Positions 1-8,473 of a stretch of DNA of 58,945 bases are shown piece after piece. Source of the DNA: Chloroflexota bacterium. Its GTDB lineage: Bacteria > Chloroflexota > Limnocylindria > Limnocylindrales > CSP1-4. Each line of letters begins with the position of its first letter. Positions within the stretch are counted from its first letter, which is position 1. Location of the stretch: contig JBHOQO010000078.1 in assembly GCA_042408925.1 (NCBI GenBank), forward strand, positions 1 through 58,945, in the 5' to 3' direction. The position numbers and the translations under genes are program-made. The notes below the pieces were generated by a model. That model was not told the origin of the DNA, ran no database searches, and worked only from the letters and a program-made list of their open reading frames with translations.

Positions 1-79
1 GGGCGAGGAGGATGAGGGACCGCCGGCCGAGGAGCCGGCGGAGGCCGAGCGGACGCCCGGCAGCGACGGCGACGCGCAT
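1..79 (-). CDS. 5' end of a hypothetical protein, truncated by the window edge; probably co-transcribed with the metalloprotease
   Basis: ATG at 79 with GGAGGA SD just after the upstream stop; reads MRVAVAAGRPLGLRRLLGRRSLILLA..., signal-peptide-like. Confidence 0.55.
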   Translation of the reverse strand, partial: MRVAVAAGRPLGLRRLLGRRSLILLA

Positions 80-92
80 CCGGAGGTCCTCC

Positions 93-740
93 CTACTGAC
101 CGAGCGATTGGCCCCCGAAGGGCTGGTAATGAGCGTTCCGCTCGTTGACGTCGTGGCTGACGATGACGGCGCTCGTTGCCTGATTCGGAAACAGACACGA
201 GCTCTGGTTGCTGCTGTGGCGGAGGCCGAAGGAGTGACCGAACTCGTGGCAGGCGACGTAGCGGCGCTCGGTAAGGGTATCGAAGGCGTAGCCGTCGGAC
301 AGGTCGTAGCGGATGAGCTGCGGTCGACACCGGCGGGCGGGGTCCGAGCCGCCGTACGTCGCCCCGCTGGCGCACGTCGTCCAGGCCCAGACTCGATCGA
401 CGTCGTACGTACCAGCCTGGACAATGACATCGACGTTCGTCGCGCTCCCTTGCTCGACGACGGCGATGTCGGCAACCGGGTCGTAGACGCTCACGGCCGC
501 GTAGCGGGTCGCGGCGAGGAGGTCCGGGGCGCTCGACGCGAGGCGGTCCGGGTACCAGAGCTGTCGATAGTCGGGGGCCACGCACTGACTGGCGAGCGAC
601 GTGTCACAGGCGTGGGCCGGCTCCTGGTACGCGGCGGTGTTCGAGCCGAAATTGCTTGCGGTCGCCGTCGCCGCGAGAACGGTCGCGGCCACGACGCCGG
701 CCGCGATCCCGAGCCATCGCCGCCGTTCGGTGCGGTCCAT
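93..740 (-). CDS. Secreted zinc metalloprotease, metzincin/matrixin-like
   Basis: ATG 740 with GGAGGA SD; signal peptide; HEFGHSFGLRH fits HExxHxxGxxH; several Cys. Confidence 0.8.
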   Translation of the reverse strand: MDRTERRRWLGIAAGVVAATVLAATATASNFGSNTAAYQEPAHACDTSLASQCVAPDYRQLWYPDRLASSAPDLLAATRYAAVSVYDPVADIAVVEQGSATNVDVIVQAGTYDVDRVWAWTTCASGATYGGSDPARRCRPQLIRYDLSDGYAFDTLTERRYVACHEFGHSFGLRHSSNQSSCLFPNQATSAVIVSHDVNERNAHYQPFGGQSLGQ

Positions 741-946
741 CGCATCCTCCCCATGATCCGATGGGCGGTTGCGCCAGAAGCAGGCTAGCACCCCCCCGCA
801 TTTCGTCAAGTCCCCAGCGACGGCCTCGTCCAGCGTCGACGGAGCCCACGCCCACCGCTGGTCGTATGGGCAGCTCGGCGCCGCCCGGCGGGCGCTATGA
901 TCCGGAGCGGTTCTCCCCGCCGTTTGACCTCCCGAGCCGGAGTCCG

Positions 947-2608
947 ATGCCGAGCCCTCGCCCCCTCGTCCCCGCCGCCCTCGCCCGCGGCGCCCGCGGC
1001 GCCGTCGTCGCCCCGCACCACCTCGCCGCCGAGGCGGGCCTCGGCGTCCTGCGGGCCGGCGGCTCGGCGGTCGACGCCGCCATCGCCACGAACGCCGCCC
1101 TCGCCGTCGTCGCCCCGAACAGCTGCGGGCTCGGCGGCGACGCCTTCTGGCTCATCTGGGACGAGGCGAACCGCTCGCTCCTCGCCCTGAACGGCTCCGG
1201 CCGTGCCCCGGCCGGCATCGACGCCGCCGCCCTTCGGGCCGCAGGACTCGACCGCCTCCCCCTCCGCGGGCCGCTCACGATCACCGTCCCCGGCGCCGTC
1301 CGCTCCTGGGCCGACGCCCACGCCCGCTTCGGCCGCCTCTCGTTGCCCTCGATCCTCGATCCGGCGATCGAGCTCGCCGCCGACGGCTTCCCGGCCTGGG
1401 ACGGCTTCATCGCCTCGGTCGAAGCGACGGCCGAGCTCCTCCCGCGCGAAGGGGTCGACCCGGCCGGCTGGGCCGCCGTCTTCCGACCGGCCGGTCGGCC
1501 CTGGCGAGCAGGCGAGCGGGTCCGCTTCCCGGCCCTCGCAGCAACCCTCGGCCACCTCGCCACGGTCGGCCTCGACGACTTCTACCTCGGCGAGCTGGCC
1601 GAGCGGCAGGTCGCCGCCCTCGCTGCCGCCGGCTCGCCGCTTCGCCTCGACGACTTTCGGGCCCACACCTCCACCTGGGGAACCCCGATCTCGATCGACT
1701 ATCGGGGGGTGACGGTGGCCAGCCACCCGCCGAACAGCTCGGGGCTCGTCGCCCTCGAGATCCTCGGCATCCTGGACGCCTGCGAGCCGCCGCCACGGGA
1801 GGCGTTCGGGGCCGCGGGCGTCGAGGACCCGGGCTGGATCCACCTGGGGATCGAGGCGGCGAAGGTGGCCTTCGCCGACCGGGACGCCCACCTCTCCGAC
1901 CCGGCGGTCGTCGACGTCCCCGTGGCCCGGCTCCTCGACCCCGACCGGCTCGCCGGCCTGGCCGCGGCGCTCGACCGGTCGCGGGCACGCCTCCCCGAGC
2001 CGGCCCGGAACCCGGTCGGCGGCGGAACGGTCGCCTTCGCCGCCGTCGACGCCGAGGGCAACGTCGTGAGCGCCATCGAGTCCCACTACATGGGCTTCGG
2101 GTCGGGGATCGCCGACCCGGCGACCGGGATCCACTACCACAACCGGGGCGCCTACTTCAGCCTAGATCCCGACCATCCGAACGTCCTCGCCCCGGGGAAG
2201 CGGACGCTCCACACGCTCCTCCCCTGGATGCTCCTCCGGGACGGGCGGCCGTGGATCGCCGGCGGTTCGATGGGCGGCGACGCCCAGCCGCAGATCTGCG
2301 CCCAGCTCGTCTCGGCGCTCGTCGACGGCGGCGTCGACGTCGCGACGGCGGTGGCGGCGCCGCGCTGGTTCGTGGAGCCGGAGGCGCACTTCGCTCCGCC
2401 GGTGGCGGTCCGGATCGAGCCCCGCGTCGGGGCGGGCGTGATCGAGGCGCTCCGGGAGCGGGGCCACCCGGTGACGCCGGTCGGCCCCTTCGACTCGCTC
2501 CTGGGGCACGCCCACGCGATCGAGCTCGTCGACGGGGGGCCGGCCCACGGCGGGGCGCTCGCCGCAGCGACGGATCCGCGGAGCGCGGGGCTTCCGGCGG
2601 TCTGGTAG
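947..2608 (+). CDS. ggt: Gamma-glutamyltransferase family protein
   Basis: GGSAVDAAIA, GLGGDAF, ALNGSGRAP, nucleophile Thr in GGTVAFAAVDAEGNVVS, APGKRTLHTL, MGGDAQPQ. Confidence 0.93.
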   Translation: MPSPRPLVPAALARGARGAVVAPHHLAAEAGLGVLRAGGSAVDAAIATNAALAVVAPNSCGLGGDAFWLIWDEANRSLLALNGSGRAPAGIDAAALRAAGLDRLPLRGPLTITVPGAVRSWADAHARFGRLSLPSILDPAIELAADGFPAWDGFIASVEATAELLPREGVDPAGWAAVFRPAGRPWRAGERVRFPALAATLGHLATVGLDDFYLGELAERQVAALAAAGSPLRLDDFRAHTSTWGTPISIDYRGVTVASHPPNSSGLVALEILGILDACEPPPREAFGAAGVEDPGWIHLGIEAAKVAFADRDAHLSDPAVVDVPVARLLDPDRLAGLAAALDRSRARLPEPARNPVGGGTVAFAAVDAEGNVVSAIESHYMGFGSGIADPATGIHYHNRGAYFSLDPDHPNVLAPGKRTLHTLLPWMLLRDGRPWIAGGSMGGDAQPQICAQLVSALVDGGVDVATAVAAPRWFVEPEAHFAPPVAVRIEPRVGAGVIEALRERGHPVTPVGPFDSLLGHAHAIELVDGGPAHGGALAAATDPRSAGLPAVW

Positions 2609-2785
2609 GGCTCGGGGGTCGGTCGGGCCGACGACCGCGGCATGTCGCGCGCGCGGCGTTCCGAGGGTCGCGTCACCGTGCCGATCGGGTCGTCGCGCGC
2701 AGGTCGGGAAGGCCCGCGGGCGGCGACTCGGGTCGTTCACGCCGGCTCGGAGGGCGTGACCGGTCGGTGTCTTCGCCTGACCGCT

Positions 2786-3119
2786 CCGGGAGTGGGCGTC
2801 GTTTTCTCCGTTACTCACCGACTTGCCAGCGTCGATCGCGCCGGCCGCCACCTTCGGCCCGGGAGGGGGCGGCGTTTTCTCGGTTACTCCTCGGGGTAGT
2901 GAAGTGGTGGAGCGGCCCGCCGTTTTCCACGGCGCTGGGCCCGCGGTCGTGCAGGGGGATGCGCGTTGCCGGGGCTGCGAGCCCGGGGGAATTTCCAATC
3001 TACTATCCCGGTGCGTACCGCGGAGGATTGGTTCATCAGTTCACTATTCCCACGAGTATCTGAGACTTTCCGACCTCCTCGACCGGTAGTCCACCATCGG
3101 CACGAGTAAACAGGGAAAT
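2786..3119. repeat. Intergenic cluster of a ~25-30 bp repeat family (2 forward and 3 reverse copies)
   Basis: CCGGGAGTGGGCGTCGTTTTCTCCGTTACTC (2786) vs CCGGGAGGGGGCGGCGTTTTCTCGGTTACTC (2859); reverse copies near 3000, 3040, 3090; same motif at 49627-49990. Confidence 0.75.
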
Positions 3120-3145
3120 GGGCCCGGTTCGGGTCGACCCGAGGA

Positions 3146-3223
3146 GCCGAGTCGCGGCGGACAGCGGCCGAGTCGCGGCGGACAGCGGCCGGAGCGGGCG
3201 GGCGGCGGCCGGAGCGGGCGGGC
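3146..3223. repeat. Short tandem duplications
   Basis: GCCGAGTCGCGGCGGACAGCG x2 (3146-3187), then GCCGGAGCGGGCGGGC x2. Confidence 0.8.
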
Positions 3224-3444
3224 ACGGACCCGGCGGGGCCAGCACCGAGCGGGCCACCCCGGACGGAGGGGCGGCGGACCGGCCGGGCGTCCAGAGACCC
3301 CCCGGCCGCCGGTCTATACTCGCCGACGCCGGTGACAGCGCTGCGCTCACACGTTCCTGTCACCGGCGTCGACCGTCCGCGACCCCCCGGCACATCTGGC
3401 CCGCGGAGCGCGGACCCGAACCGACGCCACCTCGGGAGCCCAGC

Positions 3445-3717
3445 GTGACCTCGAACATCGGCCAGAACTACCCGTACACCTCGGAGACCGAGACCGACCG
3501 CCGGACGGCGATCGAGCGACTCACCGGCGAGCGGAGCGACCTTGCCGCGGCCCTCGCCGAACGGACGACCCCGCTCGACGAACGGGACCGGTGGTGGGTC
3601 TGGAAGTGCCCGACCCCCGGCTGCCGGGGCCGCCTCCACGTCGCCGGCTACGCCCGCGACGCCCATGCCCTCGTCGTCGTCTGCGACGGGACCTGCGGCC
3701 GGATCTTCCAGCGCTGA
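3445..3717 (+). CDS. Small hypothetical protein with a putative zinc ribbon (90 aa)
   Basis: GTG 3445 after GGGAG; typical codon usage; CPTPGC...H...CDGTC; TATACT -10 at 3315-3320. Confidence 0.7.
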   Translation: MTSNIGQNYPYTSETETDRRTAIERLTGERSDLAAALAERTTPLDERDRWWVWKCPTPGCRGRLHVAGYARDAHALVVVCDGTCGRIFQR

Positions 3718-3738
3718 GCCGGCGCCGACGGGCGCTGG

Positions 3739-4866
3739 CTACCCCCCGAGGACCTCGGCGAGGATCGCCGCCCAGAGCATCCCCTCGTCGGCGACGAAGA
3801 GGCCGAGCCGGCCCCGGTACGGCCCGAGCCGACCGTCGCGAACCTCCAGAACCTCCCAGAGCGTCCCCTCGGCCTCGATGCACCGCCGGTAGCGTCCCAG
3901 CACCGGTGCCGCCGCGGCCGGGTCCACCCTGGCGAGGAGCGCCACGTACATCGCCCCGAGGGACGTCCAGATCGCCGTCCCCTGGTAGTCCGGGACGAAC
4001 CAGCCCTGGATCGGGTCCTCGGCCGCCGGATCCCGGCGGGCGGCGTAGCGGAGCGGGAGCGGCTCGGCGAGGCCGGCCGCCTCGGCCGCCCGGAGCGCGG
4101 CACGGAGACCGAGGGCATCGGGGACGACCCCGAAGAAGAACGGCACGACCGTCGCGTCGCCGGTCACCTCACCGGTATCGGGCCGGTCGACGAAGCGGTC
4201 GCCCCGCCAGAAGCGCTCGACGAACCGCTCCCTCGACCGCGGCGGGATCGGCGAGGGGAACCATTCGGTCTCTCGGAGGAGCCGGTCGAGGAGCACGAGC
4301 ATCGCGTTCGCGTAGGCGTTCGAGCGAGTCCGGATCGTGTCCCGGTGGGTCGAGAAGACCCGGTCGTCGCGAACGAGGCCAGTCCGCCGATCGAGGACGG
4401 TCGCCCCGTACCGTTCCACCTCCCGGGCCAGCCAGCCGCCGTGCCGGGCGACGAGGTCGTCGGCTCTCGCGACCCGGAGGGCATGGAGGAGGAGCGGCAG
4501 CGAATCAACCCCGAAGGTCCAGACGTCGCGAGCGCGTCGCCCCGGGAAGACCGTCGTCGTCACCCGCCCGGCCGTACCGAAGACCTCGAGGAGCCAAGCG
4601 AGGGAGGCCCGGAGCCGCTCCCCCTCGCCGATCCGGACGAGGGCGGCGGCGGCGAAGCCGAGGTCGCGGGTCCAGGCCTGGCGGAAGTGGCCGGCCGACG
4701 CGGCGAAGACCCGGCCGGTCCAGCAGGCATCGACGATCGAGCGGCAGATCGCCGCCGCGTCCCCGCCGAAGCGCCGCGGACCGGTGAGGCGCCGGCGCAG
4801 GATGCGGAGGGCGCTCGAGGCGTAGGCCGGCCAGATGGCGGGGTCGAGCTGGGCGGCGACGCTCAC
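3739..4866 (-). CDS. Six-hairpin glycoside hydrolase-like protein
   Basis: HFRQAWTRDLG motif and C-terminal DYQGTAIW...LWE, typical of (alpha/alpha)6 GH clans. Confidence 0.6.
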   Translation of the reverse strand: MSVAAQLDPAIWPAYASSALRILRRRLTGPRRFGGDAAAICRSIVDACWTGRVFAASAGHFRQAWTRDLGFAAAALVRIGEGERLRASLAWLLEVFGTAGRVTTTVFPGRRARDVWTFGVDSLPLLLHALRVARADDLVARHGGWLAREVERYGATVLDRRTGLVRDDRVFSTHRDTIRTRSNAYANAMLVLLDRLLRETEWFPSPIPPRSRERFVERFWRGDRFVDRPDTGEVTGDATVVPFFFGVVPDALGLRAALRAAEAAGLAEPLPLRYAARRDPAAEDPIQGWFVPDYQGTAIWTSLGAMYVALLARVDPAAAAPVLGRYRRCIEAEGTLWEVLEVRDGRLGPYRGRLGLFVADEGMLWAAILAEVLGG

Positions 4867-4895
4867 CGGGGTCGAGCTGGGCGGCGACGCTCACC
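4840..4895. repeat. Perfect 28-bp tandem duplication spanning the start codon of the GH-like gene
   Basis: GGGGTCGAGCTGGGCGGCGACGCTCACC at 4840-4867 and 4868-4895. Confidence 0.92.
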
Positions 4896-4991
4896 GCAGA
4901 GCTCGGCCAGGCGAAGGTGACCGGGGCCCTCGCGCGGGAAGGCTCACCCCGACCGCCCCCCGGAGGCGGGAGCGGTGCCCGGCCCGCCGGC

Positions 4992-6209
4992 TCACGACGC
5001 CGGGGCGAACCGCGCATCGCGGGCCACGGCGAGGGCGAGGCCGGCCAGGAGCACCGTCCGGGGGACGATCGAATCGAGGACGAGGTACTCCCCCGGGCTG
5101 TGGTCGTCCCCGCCGATCGGGCCGAGCCCGTCGAGGGTCGGCAGACCCAGCCCGGCCGTCGTGTTGCCGTCCGACGCCCCGCCGGTCGCCGCGTCGCGGA
5201 GCTCGAAGCCCAGATCCCCAGCCACGGCGGCGGCGAGCTCGACGAGCCGAGCCGTCCCGGCGGTGCGCTCCATCGGCCAGTGGCGGGCGACCTCCTCGAC
5301 CGCCACCGCCACGTCCGACACGGCCGGGGCGGCGGCGAGCCGCCGGATCTCCGCCTCCGTCTCGACGAGCCCCGCCCGGTCGACGGCCCGAACGTCGACC
5401 TCGAGGCGCGCCTGCTCGGCGACGACGTTCGGCCGGGTCCCGCCCTCGACGACCCCGACGTTCACCGTCACGCCCGGCCGGTGCCCGTTGAGGGCATGGA
5501 GGGCGACGACCAGGTGGGCGGCGGCGAGGACGGCGCTCCGGCCCTTCTCGGGTTCGACCCCCGCGTGAGCGGCCCGGCCGCGGAGGACGATCCGGAGGTG
5601 GAGGTTCCCCTTCCGGGCGCTGACGACGTCGCCGTTCGCCCGGGCGCACTCGAGGACGAGGGCGACGTCGTGCTCGGCGGCGAGGCGGGTGATGATCGGG
5701 GTCGAGGCCGGCGAGCCGATCTCCTCGTCGGGGTTCGCGACGACCGTGCAGGTCGCCGGCGGCCAGCGGTCCGGGAGTGCCGACTTGAGCGCCTCGAGGG
5801 CAACGAGCGCGGCGAGGAGCCCGCCCTTGTCGTCGGAGACCCCCGGCCCGAGGATCCGGCCGTCGCGGATCTCGAAGGGGCGGGCGGCGGCGGTCCCCGG
5901 CGGGTAGACCGTGTCGAGGTGACCGATCCAGAGGATCCGCGGCGCACCCGGGGGGCCGGCGACCCGGCCGACGACGGTCGGGCCGTGGCGCGGGTCGCGC
6001 TCGATCTCGACGCTCGCGCCGAGCCCGGCGAGGCGGTCCGCGATCCGGGCCGCGACCCGCTCGAGCCCGGCCAGGTCGCCGGAGCCCGAATCGATCCCGA
6101 CGAGGGTCGCCAGCTCGTCCAGATACGCCGGCAAGCGCTCGGCGACGGCGGCCCGCAGCCGTTCGAGTTCGTCGGGTGTCGGGCGGGGCGGGGCGGGGCG
6201 CGCAGCCAT
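4992..6209 (-). CDS. M20 family metallopeptidase (glutamate carboxypeptidase-like)
   Basis: GHLDTV, GPGVSDDKGG, DEEIGS, AAHAG, GGASDGN, HSPGE. Confidence 0.92.
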   Translation of the reverse strand: MAARPAPPRPTPDELERLRAAVAERLPAYLDELATLVGIDSGSGDLAGLERVAARIADRLAGLGASVEIERDPRHGPTVVGRVAGPPGAPRILWIGHLDTVYPPGTAAARPFEIRDGRILGPGVSDDKGGLLAALVALEALKSALPDRWPPATCTVVANPDEEIGSPASTPIITRLAAEHDVALVLECARANGDVVSARKGNLHLRIVLRGRAAHAGVEPEKGRSAVLAAAHLVVALHALNGHRPGVTVNVGVVEGGTRPNVVAEQARLEVDVRAVDRAGLVETEAEIRRLAAAPAVSDVAVAVEEVARHWPMERTAGTARLVELAAAVAGDLGFELRDAATGGASDGNTTAGLGLPTLDGLGPIGGDDHSPGEYLVLDSIVPRTVLLAGLALAVARDARFAPAS

Positions 6210-6280
6210 CCTCGCCAGTGTAGGGCGCCCGCGGGTCGCGGGCTCCGCCGGAACGGGCGACGGTGCGACAATCGGCGCCG

Positions 6281-7246
6281 ATGGACGAGCGCATCGCAGC
6301 CCGCCTGGGGAGCGTCGAGCGCCTCATCGATCGCCCGACCCGCCGTCGGGCGGGCGTCCTCCGGCGAGCCCTCCGCCGCGAGCTCTCCCGTCTCCGAGAT
6401 CGGCGCCGCCAGGCCGCCGTCGTCATCCTCGCCCTGGTCTTCGGCCTCGGGGTCGCCGGCCTCGTCGCCCGGGGCGAGGCGGCGGGGGCCGACGCCCGGG
6501 CCTACTGGGCCGCCGTTCGGATCTGGCTCGCCGGCGGCGACCCCTACCACCCGACCGGCCCCTTCCTTCCCTACGTCTACCCGCCCTGGATGCTCCCCTT
6601 CTTCGCCCCGTGGGCGCTCCTGCCCTGGGACGTCGCCTGGTTCGTCTGGCGGGTCGGCTCGTTCCTCCTCCTCTTCTGGACGATCGACTGGGCGTACCGC
6701 CGCAAGCCCCTCGAAACGGCGGTCCTCGTCGCTCTCCTCGCCTTCCCGATCGCGGCAAACCTCGACACCGGCAACGTGAACCTCCACCTCGCCCTCATGC
6801 TCTGGGCCGCCCAGTTCAGCGGACCCCGCCTCGGCGGCGCCCTCTGGGCCCTCGCGACCTGGATGAAGTGGGTGCCGGCCCCGTTCCTCGTCGTCCTCGC
6901 GCCCCGGGCGCGGGCGTGGGGTATCGTCTGGCTCCTCGTGGCGGCGGCCCTGAGCCTCCTCACCCTGCCGCTCACGATCATCCAGCTCCAGGCGGTGTTC
7001 GGCTTCGGGCCGCGGCCGATCCGCCTCGACTACCTCGTCCTCCTCTGGGCCGCCGTCCCGTGGCTGTGGCGCCACCCGAACCCGCTGTGGTGGCTCCGGC
7101 CCGAGGGTCGACGCCGGCTCGCGACCCGGCTCGCGGCGCTGATCGAGGCGGTCCGGGCCGACCGGCGGCCGTTCGGGGTCCGGCTCGTCGACCTCGGGCG
7201 GGCGGTCGTCGCCCGGGGCCGAGCGTTCTTCGGCCTCGGGACCTGA
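6281..7246 (+). CDS. GT87/DUF2029-type membrane glycosyltransferase
   Basis: DARAYW, GGDPY, YVYPP, GNVN, KWVP motifs; multiple TM helices. Confidence 0.78.
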   Translation: MDERIAARLGSVERLIDRPTRRRAGVLRRALRRELSRLRDRRRQAAVVILALVFGLGVAGLVARGEAAGADARAYWAAVRIWLAGGDPYHPTGPFLPYVYPPWMLPFFAPWALLPWDVAWFVWRVGSFLLLFWTIDWAYRRKPLETAVLVALLAFPIAANLDTGNVNLHLALMLWAAQFSGPRLGGALWALATWMKWVPAPFLVVLAPRARAWGIVWLLVAAALSLLTLPLTIIQLQAVFGFGPRPIRLDYLVLLWAAVPWLWRHPNPLWWLRPEGRRRLATRLAALIEAVRADRRPFGVRLVDLGRAVVARGRAFFGLGT

Positions 7247-7269
7247 GCCGCCGGGGGCGACGGGCGGAG

Positions 7270-7569
7270 TCAGCGCCGCCGGATCGTCGCCTCGTACTCG
7301 GGGAAGTAGCGCCCGATCACCGGCAGGTCGAAGGTCCGCAGGATCGACTCCTTCGGCTCCCGCTCGAGGAGGAAGACGAACGAGCGACGGACGAGTTCGG
7401 TCGGGTCGGCACTCCCGGGGGCGAGCCGGTCGAGATCGGCCTGGGTGACCCGGACCCGATGCTCGGTCCGCGAGCGGGCATCGGCGACGATGACGCGGCA
7501 GAGCCAGTCGCCGCCCGGCTGGGGTTGCGCCGTGACCTCGATGCTCGGCGGCGGGTCGGGGGTCGGCAT
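7270..7569 (-). CDS. Small conserved-looking hypothetical protein (99 aa), in frame with upstream nei
   Basis: ATG 7569 preceded by TACCAT 8 nt upstream; compact domain ...RRSFVFLLEREPKESILRTFDLPVIGRYFPEYE. Confidence 0.72.
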   Translation of the reverse strand: MPTPDPPPSIEVTAQPQPGGDWLCRVIVADARSRTEHRVRVTQADLDRLAPGSADPTELVRRSFVFLLEREPKESILRTFDLPVIGRYFPEYEATIRRR

Positions 7570-8433
7570 CGGGAGCGATGGTACCGCGGGGTCGGCCCGA
7601 TCGGGCTCGGCGGCCCGACTCCCGGCCCCCCGCTGGCAGCGCGGGCCCCAATCCGTCCGCCGCGGGGGGTCGCCGTGACTCCGGCCGGCGAGCGGCGTCC
7701 CGCCGCGGCGGCACGGCCGGCCGGCCCGCCGGTAGACCCAGAGCGCGCCGGCGACCGCGCCGTCGGCCGGACCCGTCGTCCGGCGCCGCACCGGGGCCCC
7801 GGGCCGGGCGTTTTCGAGCATGAGTCGCCGGGCCGTGGCGACGATCGCCCGGCGGGCGGCCGCCGACAGGGCTCCGACCGGCGTGAAAGGATCGATCCCG
7901 GCGACGAAGCAGACCTCGCTCTTGTAGACGTTCCCGATCCCGGCCACGACCCGCTGGTCGAGGAGGACCTCGGCGATCGGCCGCTCCGCGAGGTTCGGGG
8001 CCGCGAGGCGCCCCACCGCCGCGTCTAGGTCGAACTCGGGGGCGAGGAGATCCGGGCCGAGGCCGGCGAGGGCCGGGTGGATCCGCTCGGCACGGCCGTC
8101 GAGGAGCTCGACGGTCGGGGCGTCGAAGCAGACCGCGACGGCGCCCTCGACCTCGAGGACGAGGCTCGCCCGGGCCGCCGGCCGGCGCCATGGCTCGCCG
8201 GGCCGGTAGCGGTGCCAGGCGCCCCGCATCCGGAGGTGGGTTCGAAGCGTCCGGCCGTCGTCGAAGCGGAGGAGGAGGTTCTTGCCGACCGCCTCGACCC
8301 CGACGACCGTCCTCCCGACCAGGGTCCGGACCGCCGGTCCCGACTCCCGCGCCCGGGCGGCGACGACCCGGCGCCCGACGAGGTGGGGCCGGAGACCGGC
8401 CGCGGTCCGGTGGAGGGTGTCGCCTTCGGGCAC
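7570..8433 (-). CDS. nei: Fpg/Nei family DNA glycosylase; zinc finger degenerate and no stop before the next gene as sequenced
   Basis: N-terminal (M)PEGD, GKNLL, HLRMRG, LGPDLL, LLDQRVVAGIGNVYKSE (H2TH), VYRRAGRPC. Confidence 0.85.
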
Positions 8434-8473
8434 GAGGCGGGCGAGGTGGCGGCCGCTCGGGCGTCCTGCCGGG

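Noticed and set aside
2786-2889. Mini-CRISPR (31-bp repeat, 73-bp period)
   Set aside because: Only two imperfect copies, which belong to the larger bidirectional repeat family
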